Assembly (NCBI GenBank): GCA_965213675.1
Contig: OZ243916.1
Coordinates: forward strand, 3,136,001 to 3,200,000
DNA: 64,000 nt
DNA from: an uncultured Candidatus Binatia bacterium
Lineage (GTDB): Bacteria; Desulfobacterota; Binatia; UBA9968; JAJDTQ01
Direction: 5' to 3'
In this document: positions 18,079-26,715 of the stretch, one piece after another
Numbering within the stretch: the first letter of the stretch is position 1
Layout of the letters: every line of letters begins with the position of its first letter
Notes under the pieces: generated by a model
Told to the model about the DNA's origin: nothing
Database searches by the model: none
What the model saw: the letters and a program-made list of their open reading frames with translations, nothing else
Position numbers and translations under genes: made by a program

Positions 18079-18952
18079 ACATCGAGCGGGGGTGACGGCC
18101 GCGGCGGAACGGCCCGTCGAGCCTTGGAACCATGTCCGCCGCGTGGTGGCGCGCTCGGGCACGTCGTTCCTGTGGGGCATGCGCGTGCTGCCGGCGGAGC
18201 GCCGCCGCGCCATGTACGCCATCTACGCGTTCTGCCGCGAGGTGGACGACGTGGCCGACGAGCCGGGGGAGAGCGCGCAGAAGAAGCGCGGATTGGCGGC
18301 GTGGCGGGAAGAGATTGCGCGGCTCTACGCGGGCGAGCCGCGGTGGCTTACGACAAGGGCGCTGTTGCAGCCCGTGCAGCGCTACGATCTGCCGCGGGAG
18401 GAGTTCCTCGCCGTCATTGACGGCGTGGAGACCGACGCGGCGCCGGCGGTCCGGATGGGGACGCAGGAGGACCTGCTGCGCTATTGCCGTAAGGTGGCCG
18501 GAGCCGTGGGGATGCTGTCCATCCACGCATTCGGCGTGCCGCGGAACCCGGGATACGAGATCGCCGAAACCCTCGGGAACGCCGTGCAACTCACCAACAT
18601 CCTGCGCGACGTGAAGGAAGACGCGGCCAACGAGCGTCTCTACGTCCCCCTGGACCTGATGCGGCGGCACGGGGTGCCGGAGAGTCCTCCCCTGAGCGCA
18701 CTGTGCGACCAGCCGGGTTTCGCGGCGGCGTGCGCGGAGCTGGCAGGAATCGCGCGGGACCACTATGCCGGCACCGAGCGGTTGCTGGCACGCCTCCGGC
18801 GCCGCCAGATCCGCCCCATCGTGCTCATGATGGCGGTCTATCGAGAGACGCTCCGGCGCCTGGAGATACGCGGCTGGAAACACCTGGAGCGGCCCGTGCG
18901 GCTTGGCAAGCCGCGCAAGCTGTGGCTCGCGTTGCGCTACGGTCTTCTCTGA
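18065..18952 (+). CDS. hpnD: Presqualene diphosphate synthase HpnD
   Basis: SGTSFLWGM, YAFCREVDDVADE, QLTNILRDVKED, RLYVP. Confidence 0.9.
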   Translation: MPEGRHRAGVTAAAERPVEPWNHVRRVVARSGTSFLWGMRVLPAERRRAMYAIYAFCREVDDVADEPGESAQKKRGLAAWREEIARLYAGEPRWLTTRALLQPVQRYDLPREEFLAVIDGVETDAAPAVRMGTQEDLLRYCRKVAGAVGMLSIHAFGVPRNPGYEIAETLGNAVQLTNILRDVKEDAANERLYVPLDLMRRHGVPESPPLSALCDQPGFAAACAELAGIARDHYAGTERLLARLRRRQIRPIVLMMAVYRETLRRLEIRGWKHLERPVRLGKPRKLWLALRYGLL

Positions 18953-18964
18953 AACGCCTTCTTC

Positions 18965-20287
18965 GTGGCTCGGACCTATGTCATTGGCGCCGGCTTGGCC
19001 GGCCTTTCCGCCGCGGTTTCGCTGGCGCGGGCGGGGCGCGCCGTGACCCTCTGCGAAGCCAGCGGGCAGGCCGGTGGCCGCTGCCGTTCCTACTTCGATG
19101 ACAGGCTCGGGTGCGCCATCGACAACGGCAACCATCTGCTGCTGAGCGGCAACCGCTCCACCATGGGCTACTTGGCGGATGTGGGCGCCGCCGATGAGCT
19201 GGTGGGGCCGGCGGAGGCGTGTTTCCCGTTCCTGGACCTGCGCACCGGCGAGCGCTGGCGCCTGCGCCCCAACGCCGGGCGGCTGCCTTGGTGGATTCTC
19301 GATCCGCGCCGGCGCGTGCCCGGCACGCGCGCGTCGGAATATCTTTCCGGCCTCCGTATCGCGCTGGCGGGCGCGGACCGCACCGTGAACGGCTGCCTGG
19401 GTGGCCACGGTCCCCTGTTCGAACGGTTCTGGGAACCGCTGGCCGTGGCCGCGCTGAACAGTCCGGCGCGGACCGGCGCCGCGCGCCTGCTGTGGCCGGT
19501 GTTGCGCGAGACCTTCGCCAAGGGAGAGGCCGCCTGCCGCCCGCGGATCGCCCGGACCGGCCTCTCCGGAACGTTCGTGGACCCGGCGCTGGAGCTGTTG
19601 CGCCGGCGCGGCGCCGCCGTGCGGTTCGGCACCCGGTTGCGTGCCATCGCAGGCGCGGGCGGCGCGGCGCGCGGTCTGGACTTCGGCGCCGAGGCGGTCG
19701 CCTTGAAGGACGGCGACAGTGTCGTCCTGGCCCTGCCGCCGCAGGTTGCGGCGAGCCTGATGCCGGACCTCGTCGTGCCCGAGGAGAGCCACGCCATCGT
19801 CAACGTCCACTTCCGTTTGCCGGAACGCGTTGCCCTCTCGGATGATTTGCCGTTCCTCGGGCTCATCGGCGGCACGGCACAATGGCTGTTCGTCCGCGGC
19901 GACGTCGCGTCCATCACCATCAGCGCGGCCGACGGCATGGTCGACGAGGATGCCGGTGTCATCGCGCGCGAGACATGGCGCGACGTCGCCGCCGCCCTGG
20001 GGCGCCCGCCGCCGTTGCCGCCGTACCGGGTCGTCAAGGAGAAGCGGGCGACGTTCGCACAGACCCCCGTACAGCTGAAGCGCCGTCCGGGCACGCGCAC
20101 CCGTTTCGGCAATGTCTATCTCGCGGGCGACTGGATCGACACCGGACTGCCCGCCACCGTCGAGAGCGCCGTCCGCTCCGGCCACCTGGCCGCGCGCGCC
20201 GTTCAAGGCGCCGCCTCCCAGGAGCCTGCGGCGCAGGCTCCTGGGAGGGTGTGCGGGAACGACGGCGAAACCGCGAGCCATGATTGA
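18965..20287 (+). CDS. hpnE: Hydroxysqualene dehydroxylase HpnE (FAD-dependent)
   Basis: [46 protein letters not shown]. Confidence 0.9.
   Translation: MARTYVIGAGLAGLSAAVSLARAGRAVTLCEASGQAGGRCRSYFDDRLGCAIDNGNHLLLSGNRSTMGYLADVGAADELVGPAEACFPFLDLRTGERWRLRPNAGRLPWWILDPRRRVPGTRASEYLSGLRIALAGADRTVNGCLGGHGPLFERFWEPLAVAALNSPARTGAARLLWPVLRETFAKGEAACRPRIARTGLSGTFVDPALELLRRRGAAVRFGTRLRAIAGAGGAARGLDFGAEAVALKDGDSVVLALPPQVAASLMPDLVVPEESHAIVNVHFRLPERVALSDDLPFLGLIGGTAQWLFVRGDVASITISAADGMVDEDAGVIARETWRDVAAALGRPPPLPPYRVVKEKRATFAQTPVQLKRRPGTRTRFGNVYLAGDWIDTGLPATVESAVRSGHLAARAVQGAASQEPAAQAPGRVCGNDGETASHD
20217..20245. repeat. Palindrome (collapsed MITE-end-like) inside hpnE 3' end
   Basis: CCCAGGAGCCTGCG-G-CGCAGGCTCCTGGG perfect 14-bp arms; resembles family B termini and 3194-3211. 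Confidence 0.55.
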
Positions 20288-20357
20288 CGCTCCGTGGCAA
20301 CTGCTGCATAGTGAAATTCGCCGTGGGGGACTGCGGCGGCGTCTCGGAGACAACCCA

Positions 20358-21314
20358 ATGGAAAAACGACCTCTGCGAGTCATCCTGGCGCAGCCGAGAG
20401 GCTTCTGTGCCGGTGTGGTGAGAGCCGTGGACATCGTCGAGCGAGCGCTCGAAATCTACGGCGCTCCCGTCTACGTGCGCCACGAGATCGTCCATAACAA
20501 GCATGTGGTGAACGGGTTGCGCGCCAAGGGCGCCCGGTTCGTCGAAAAAGTCTCCGACATCCCGAAGGACGCGGTGACCGTGTTCAGCGCCCACGGCGTG
20601 TCCCGGAAAGTCGAGGACGCCGCGGATGCCCGGGGTCTACAGGTGATCGACGCCACCTGTCCGCTGGTGAGCAAGGTGCACGTCGAGGCGCAGCGCTATG
20701 CGCGCCAGGGTTACGAGGTGGTTCTCATCGGCCACTCGGGGCACCCGGAGGTGGAGGGCACCATGGGACAGGTGCCGGGTACGGTGCATCTGGTGTCCGA
20801 CATCGCCGACGTGGAAGCGTTGGATCCCGCCGACCCAACGAAGCTTGCATACGTCACGCAGACGACCCTGAGCGTCGACGATACCCGTGAGATCATCGCC
20901 GCGTTGAGGTCCCGGTTCCCCGAGATCCAGGGTCCTGACGTGAAGGATATCTGCTATGCGACGCAGAACCGGCAGACCGCGGTGCGGCTGCTGGCGGCCG
21001 AGTCCGACGTGATCCTGGTCATCGGCGCCGACTACAGCTCCAACTCGAACCGGTTGCGTGAGATCGGCGATGAGGTGGGGACCGACAGCCACCTCATTCC
21101 GGATGCCGGCAACCTGGACCCCGCCTGGCTGGAAGGGGCGGAGACGGTGGGGATCACCGCGGGCGCCTCGGCGCCGGAAGGACTGGTGCAGGGATTGGTG
21201 GACCGGCTCTGCGACATGTTCGACGTCACCCTGACCGACCTCGACGGCATTGAGGAGCACGTTACCTTCAAGCTGCCGCGGGAACTGGTGGGCACACAGG
21301 GGACGGCCGTTTAG
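20358..21314 (+). CDS. ispH: 4-hydroxy-3-methylbut-2-enyl diphosphate reductase
   Basis: [45 protein letters not shown]. Confidence 0.95.
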   Translation: MEKRPLRVILAQPRGFCAGVVRAVDIVERALEIYGAPVYVRHEIVHNKHVVNGLRAKGARFVEKVSDIPKDAVTVFSAHGVSRKVEDAADARGLQVIDATCPLVSKVHVEAQRYARQGYEVVLIGHSGHPEVEGTMGQVPGTVHLVSDIADVEALDPADPTKLAYVTQTTLSVDDTREIIAALRSRFPEIQGPDVKDICYATQNRQTAVRLLAAESDVILVIGADYSSNSNRLREIGDEVGTDSHLIPDAGNLDPAWLEGAETVGITAGASAPEGLVQGLVDRLCDMFDVTLTDLDGIEEHVTFKLPRELVGTQGTAV

Positions 21315-21354
21315 CGCGTGCCGCCCCGCCGCATCGTCATCTCCTCATCCACCG

Positions 21355-21519
21355 CCAGTGTCCTGACCCACGTAATCCATTACCAGGATGCGCAGGATTT
21401 CTTGTTGCCGGCAAGGCGCGATGACGAGCAGTGGCCGTTACCACGCGAGGAAGAGCAACGCAGGTGACGACAAGAAAGACAAGCGAATTGGTAATGAATT
21501 ACGTGGCACACCAGCCTAG
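21355..21519. mobile_element. MITE-like element, family A copy 2 (165 bp, opposite orientation, diverged arms)
   Basis: Same length as copy 1; ~55-nt core differs at two loop positions; inner IR CCACGTAAT(C/T)CATTACCA; ends CCAG...CTAG. Confidence 0.8.
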
Positions 21520-22769
21520 AAATTGTAGCTCAGGTGCAGTTCGACGAAGCTGTCGCGCCGGGTCGGGTAGATGGTGCGATCGGCCCTGTCCGCCGCCAGG
21601 AAGAAGGCGCTCTCGATGTGCAGCGACCAACTGTCCGAGAGGCGGCGGTTGAATTCGACGAACAGCGAACGGGTGGAATGCCCGGCGTCCGCCAGCAGGC
21701 TGACGACGACCTCGGTGCTCTGGACGTCGTTGAACCCCAGGCGCGCGCCCAGGAAGAGGTCGTTGTCGAAGGGGTTGGTGGCCGTCTCTCTCCGCCTGTC
21801 GTAGTTCCATTCGGCGAGCAGGCTGAGGTCCAGGTCCGACTCGAAGATGCCGCTGAACGTGTACTCTCCGCCGGCGACGAAGGCCGCGTAGTCTTCCCCG
21901 CGCCCCGCCAGATTCGAGAAGCCGCTTCGGTGAATGGCCTCGAGCTTGAGCAACCATGACTCGATGGTGAGCTGGGCGTCCAGACCGAACTGGCGGATCT
22001 GCTCGTAGTGTGGCACCAGCAGCAACTCCAATCTTTCGTTCGGCCTGGGCCGCTCGCAGACCAGACAGGGCTCCCGGCTGGTGCCGTCGAAGACGCTGAT
22101 ACCCAGATCCAGCGGGCCGAAACTGTGGCTGTACCGCGCCGCGAGGTCCACGTGCCATTCCTCGGCCGCGCTTTCGTAGGAGACGCGCTTGTCGTCTACC
22201 ACGAACTGGCCGCGCAGGCGGCCTTCCCGGCCCGGGTAAGTGCGTTCCCGGTGATACGGCAGCGCGAAGAACTCCGCCACGCCCCACTCGCCGGACCATG
22301 TCACGTGGGCCATGAGTTGCCCCAGCTTGGCTTCTTCGTTGGGATTCTCGATCAGGTCGGTCTGGTTGACGATGTCCACCAGGTGGCGCGATTCCGCGAC
22401 CCCCCAGAACACCCGGTCCGCGCCCAGGCGCAACTCCCACTCGCCGTTGCCGAGCGCGCCGTAGAGGAGGAAGTAGGCCTCCCGCACGTCGAAGTGGGTG
22501 CGGCGGGAGTCGCCGCCGTCATGGCGGAAGTAGGGCGCCAGGGTGACGCTGCGGCCCTCGTCGTCCTCGGCGTACAATTTGGGCTCGACCACGACGCCCG
22601 AGGCGTGGGACCGCTGGCCGGGGTGGGCTTCGTCCCGGTGGTACCACCGGCCCTCCAGGCCCACCCGTCCGGACACCTCGATGGCCGGGGCCCGGCCGGC
22701 GGCAAGGACGGATGCCAGGACCAGCGCGGTCCCGGCCGCCGCGATCTGGAGGGAGACGCGCGGCATCAA
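21516..22769 (-). CDS. Outer membrane beta-barrel protein associated with MMPL/LolA-like genes
   Basis: Signal peptide, alternating beta-strand pattern, C-terminal LSYNF; overlaps the upstream gene's stop. Confidence 0.75.
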   Translation of the reverse strand: MMPRVSLQIAAAGTALVLASVLAAGRAPAIEVSGRVGLEGRWYHRDEAHPGQRSHASGVVVEPKLYAEDDEGRSVTLAPYFRHDGGDSRRTHFDVREAYFLLYGALGNGEWELRLGADRVFWGVAESRHLVDIVNQTDLIENPNEEAKLGQLMAHVTWSGEWGVAEFFALPYHRERTYPGREGRLRGQFVVDDKRVSYESAAEEWHVDLAARYSHSFGPLDLGISVFDGTSREPCLVCERPRPNERLELLLVPHYEQIRQFGLDAQLTIESWLLKLEAIHRSGFSNLAGRGEDYAAFVAGGEYTFSGIFESDLDLSLLAEWNYDRRRETATNPFDNDLFLGARLGFNDVQSTEVVVSLLADAGHSTRSLFVEFNRRLSDSWSLHIESAFFLAADRADRTIYPTRRDSFVELHLSYNF

Positions 22770-23569
22770 CGCGCCCGTTTCAGGCCGGTGCGGGTGAAGT
22801 CCCTCTCATTGAGCTTGGTCCGGTACTTGAAATCCGTCCAGGTCAGCAGCGTGCTCTTGCCCGTCAGATGATTGACCATGGACATCTCGTGCGCCTGCCA
22901 GTAGCGATCCAGAAACTTCTGGTACTTGGCCAGCGTCAGGGTCTTCAGATGGGCGTTCTTCCGGTCGTAGTATTCGACCTTCCAGAGCCGGAGCTCGTCC
23001 TTGTCCTGCCACACCACCTGGCGGCGATAACCGGACCTCTTGGTGACCGGGAAGCGTTCCACCACCGTGCACGTGGTGTCGCCGCAAGGCTCGTCCCGCA
23101 GGTACTTGTAGGTGTATCGTTCCACTTCCGAGCTACCCATGTCCTCGTAGGTGAACTCGCTGCCCATGAAGGAGCCGGAACGATTCGACGAGCTGATGCG
23201 CTTGACCCGTTTGAGCGCCGGTAAGAAGAGCCATTGGTCGTCTGCCTTGTCCTTGTGCGCATGGATGAGGAAAGCCGTCCCCTTGACGTCCCGGGGCTGG
23301 TCGAACACGAACAGGCTCTTGTCTCCGTCTCCGGGCGCCTCCAGAACCTTGAGACGGCTCTGACGCTTGCTTTCCTGCCCCTGCTTGTTGCGCAGCACCA
23401 TGGTCTGGCGGGCGGTGAAATTGCCGAAGCCCGTTGCCCGCTCGCGAGTTTCGCGGGCGATCCGCAACCCCTTTTCCCCGGCGGTCTCCGACCACGCGGG
23501 CGGCGGCCCGCCCAGCGACAGCAGGAAAACGAGACAAGCCACGGGTGCGACGGCAGCAACGTGAATCAT
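22766..23569 (-). CDS. LolA-like outer membrane lipoprotein-sorting protein
   Basis: PRDVKGTAFL, DDQWLFLPALKRVKRI, SFMGSEFTYED, KVEYYDR. Confidence 0.85.
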   Translation of the reverse strand: MIHVAAVAPVACLVFLLSLGGPPPAWSETAGEKGLRIARETRERATGFGNFTARQTMVLRNKQGQESKRQSRLKVLEAPGDGDKSLFVFDQPRDVKGTAFLIHAHKDKADDQWLFLPALKRVKRISSSNRSGSFMGSEFTYEDMGSSEVERYTYKYLRDEPCGDTTCTVVERFPVTKRSGYRRQVVWQDKDELRLWKVEYYDRKNAHLKTLTLAKYQKFLDRYWQAHEMSMVNHLTGKSTLLTWTDFKYRTKLNERDFTRTGLKRAR

Positions 23570-25191
23570 TGTTCACTCCTGTCGATAGTCATCAGCAGAG
23601 CGGGAAGAAACAGAAAATCGGCCACCAGCGCGAACACCAGCGTGATCGTCACCAGAAGGCCGAGGGCCCAGCTCAACTCGAAGCCGGATGACGAGAATAC
23701 CAGCAGCCCCGCGCACAAGGCCGCGGTGGTGGTCCATAGCGCGTGGCCGACGGTGCGGAAGACGGTGCGCACGGCCTCCGCCGCCGGCAGGCCCTGGCGG
23801 CGGGCCTTCAGATATTCGGTCAGAAAATGAATCGTGTCGTCCACGATGATCCCGAAGGAGATCGCAACCACCACCGCGGAGGCAATGCCCACGCGGCCGA
23901 CGAGATAGCCCCACAGGCCGAAGCTCATGGCCGCGGGAATGAAATTGGGCAAGAGGCTCACGAGGCCCAGGCGCACGCTTTTGAACACCCCGACGAGAAT
24001 GAGCGAGATGAGGGCCATGGCGATGAGGGTGCCGCGCAGCATGCCGTGGATGTTTCGCAGGGAAAGGTGTGCGAAGACGATGCTGAGGCCGGTTGCCCCG
24101 GAGGCCAACCGGGGGGTATTGGCGCGAAGCCAGTCCTGGGCCCGCGCATCGAGCTCGCGTTGCTCCCGGGACGAGGTGCTGTCGACCACGACGGTCATGC
24201 GGGTCGCGGATTTGGCGACGTCGATGCGGTCGTTGAGGTCGCTGCCGAACGGGAGCGAAAGCTCGTAGAGCAAAAGGTACTGCGCGGCGAGTTCGGGATT
24301 GTCCGGCAACCGGTAGAAGGACGGATCGTCCCCGTGCAGGTTCTTGTTCAGCCGTTTCATGATGTCCGGAAAGGCCTGGACGTGGCTCACTTCGGGCTGG
24401 CTCCGGTACCATTGAGCGAAGGCGTCCACCGCGCGCAGATAGTCGGGATCGGTGATGCCGCCGTCGTGCTCCGCCTTCAGCGAGTATTCCAGCGTAATCA
24501 AGCTGGTCAGGTTTTCGATGACGAAATCGGTATGGCGCCGGAACTCGTAGCGTTCGTCGAAATACTTCGTCCAGTTGTCGGTGAGCTCGTTGCGGGGAAT
24601 GCCCATGGCGAGGGCCACCGCCACCAGGGTGACGAACCAGAGCAGGAGTCTGCGGCGCGCGACCACGAAGGCGCCGAAGCGGTCGAAGAAGGCCTGTTGT
24701 TCGGCGCGGACACGGCGGGCGCGCAACGGCAGGATCGAAAGCATCGCCGGCAGGAGGGTCATGGAGTAGACGAAGGCACACACGACGCCGAACGCCACAA
24801 GATTGCCCAGGAGGTGGAACGGCGGCGAGTCCGAGAAATTCAGGCTGAGAAACCCGATGGCCGTGGTGATGGCGGTCAGGAATACCGGATAAACATTGAG
24901 GCGGAGCGATTCGGCGATGGCCGTATTCCTGTCCAGTCCGCGGCCCATGCCCGCCAGGGTGGTGGCGACGACGTGGACCGAATGCCCCACGGCCACCGTC
25001 ATGACAATGATCGGCACGCCGGAACTGGTAGGGCTCAACACCTCGCCGAACATGATCCGGTAGTCGTTGGTGACGCCGAGAAAGCGGGCGCCCGCCGTCG
25101 TGACCAGCATGAGCAGCGTTGCGAGCGCAAGCACCCACCAGCGACCGCGCAGCACGGCGGCGACGTAGCGGTCCAAAGGCACGGAAGTCAT
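23566..25191 (-). CDS. MMPL/RND-family exporter, apparently with in-frame internal deletion (possible pseudogene)
   Basis: TAITTAIGFLSL and GIIVDDTIH motifs; only 541 aa; NDYRIMFGE runs directly into a later TM segment. Confidence 0.8.
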   Translation of the reverse strand: MTSVPLDRYVAAVLRGRWWVLALATLLMLVTTAGARFLGVTNDYRIMFGEVLSPTSSGVPIIVMTVAVGHSVHVVATTLAGMGRGLDRNTAIAESLRLNVYPVFLTAITTAIGFLSLNFSDSPPFHLLGNLVAFGVVCAFVYSMTLLPAMLSILPLRARRVRAEQQAFFDRFGAFVVARRRLLLWFVTLVAVALAMGIPRNELTDNWTKYFDERYEFRRHTDFVIENLTSLITLEYSLKAEHDGGITDPDYLRAVDAFAQWYRSQPEVSHVQAFPDIMKRLNKNLHGDDPSFYRLPDNPELAAQYLLLYELSLPFGSDLNDRIDVAKSATRMTVVVDSTSSREQRELDARAQDWLRANTPRLASGATGLSIVFAHLSLRNIHGMLRGTLIAMALISLILVGVFKSVRLGLVSLLPNFIPAAMSFGLWGYLVGRVGIASAVVVAISFGIIVDDTIHFLTEYLKARRQGLPAAEAVRTVFRTVGHALWTTTAALCAGLLVFSSSGFELSWALGLLVTITLVFALVADFLFLPALLMTIDRSEQ

Positions 25192-25215
25192 CGGTTGGCA
25201 CGGAAGTCATCGGTT
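25178..25215. repeat. Exact 19-bp tandem duplication at the MMPL start
   Basis: GGCACGGAAGTCATCGGTT twice (25178-25196, 25197-25215). Confidence 0.95.
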
Positions 25216-25498
25216 CGGCCATCCTACCACAGCCGAATATTGATGTAGAGACTCCAAGCCGTTGGAGTGAGCCTTCCCTTTGCGCGACTCCCCGTGCGAA
25301 CCCTACCGTTTGATGGTATAGTCATGCTGTTAAAATATGAGGTCAGGGTCATGGCATACCGTCCCCGGCAGCAGGACTCAATTGCGTTACTCCACTGCGC
25401 CGAACCCCGCGCAGCGCTTCGCGTGTGGCGCGCCGTCGACCGTCTGACCGTCTTGCGGCGGACCTGAGAGCCGACGGCATTGGGAGAAGGCCACCGCA

Positions 25499-26668
25499 GT
25501 GCTGAACCCCCCGTCAGCGTATGTCGAAAGCTACGCCAAAGCGCGCGCCGTCGACCGCGAGGCTGCGGACAACTACATCGCCCACACCCGTATAGGCGAC
25601 CCGGTCATGGACGCGGTGGTGGAAGAGATGGCAACGCTGCCTCGGCCAAAAATCCACGAGTTCATTCGAGCGGGGATGGAAGAGGATCGCGACGGTTTGC
25701 GCAATGCGCCGCGATTGTTGCGCGATTTCTTCATTGACGCACCTCAGCCTGACCCGGACTGGCTTGATCGCAACGCCTTCGGCCCGGGCATCCGCGCCTT
25801 TCAAAGAAACTCGGTGCTCGTCCTTTCGGCTTTCGTCACCGGTGTGCTGATTGACGGTTTCGCGACCCTGATAAGCAAGTCTTTTGTGGAAACCGGGCGC
25901 ATATTCGAGAACGGCGTCAGGCGACTCAAGCAGAACAACCGTCATCAGATGGAAATATTTCTTCCCGGCGGGCTGGAACGGTACGGCGAGGGTTGGAAAC
26001 TGTCGGTTCGCATCCGGTTCGTGCACGCGCAGGTCCGGCGGCTGCTGGGACAGACCGCGGAATGGGAACATGACGTATGGGGCATGCCGGTCAGCGCCGC
26101 CCACTTGGGCTACTCGGTCGCGTGTTTCGCGGCGCGCACCGTCAAACACTCGGAGTCGCTGGGAGCTCGTTACAGCACGGAGGAGCGCGCCGGTTTCCAC
26201 GATGTCTGGCGCTACGCCGGTTATCTCATGGGGATCCCCGAGACCATCCTCTTTGCCGACGAGAGCCACGCGCTGTACGTGTACCGGATCGGTTCCCTTT
26301 GTGAGCCTCCTCCTACCCCGGATGCGATCGTCATGACCAATGCGTTGATCAACTCCGCACCGCTGGTGGCGAACATTACTGATCCGGAAGAACGGCGTCA
26401 TTCGGTGAGGGACGTCATCTACCCCATTTCACGGGCACTGGTGGGCAACAAGCTCGCCGATCAGTTGAACTTCCCCAGGAAGGGTGGAGTGCCTTTCCCT
26501 TTGCTCGCTTACCGCATCGACCAGCGCCTTCAGAGGTTGAAGGCGCGGTACCGAAGGGAGGGGGTCCGAAATTTCGCGACGCTTCTTGAGGCCTCGGCCT
26601 ATGACGACGCCGGCGTGAGTTACCGGCTGCCCGACCACCCCCACGACGAGCGGTCCAGCAACTGGTGA
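25499..26668 (+). CDS. MpaB/Lcp-like (DUF2236) oxygenase family protein
   Basis: GDPVMD, PDWLD, TGR...RRL, SVRIRFVHAQVR, WGMPVSAAH, WRYAGYLMGIP. Confidence 0.8.
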   Translation: MLNPPSAYVESYAKARAVDREAADNYIAHTRIGDPVMDAVVEEMATLPRPKIHEFIRAGMEEDRDGLRNAPRLLRDFFIDAPQPDPDWLDRNAFGPGIRAFQRNSVLVLSAFVTGVLIDGFATLISKSFVETGRIFENGVRRLKQNNRHQMEIFLPGGLERYGEGWKLSVRIRFVHAQVRRLLGQTAEWEHDVWGMPVSAAHLGYSVACFAARTVKHSESLGARYSTEERAGFHDVWRYAGYLMGIPETILFADESHALYVYRIGSLCEPPPTPDAIVMTNALINSAPLVANITDPEERRHSVRDVIYPISRALVGNKLADQLNFPRKGGVPFPLLAYRIDQRLQRLKARYRREGVRNFATLLEASAYDDAGVSYRLPDHPHDERSSNW

Positions 26669-26715
26669 GCGGCGCTCCACCGGACCGGCTCGTATCAATC
26701 AGCCCGCAATCTTCC

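Noticed and set aside
17149-20287. Carotenoid (crtB/crtI) or complete hopanoid cluster
   Set aside because: Motifs and order fit hpnCDE; no cyclase or other hpn/crt genes are visible here.
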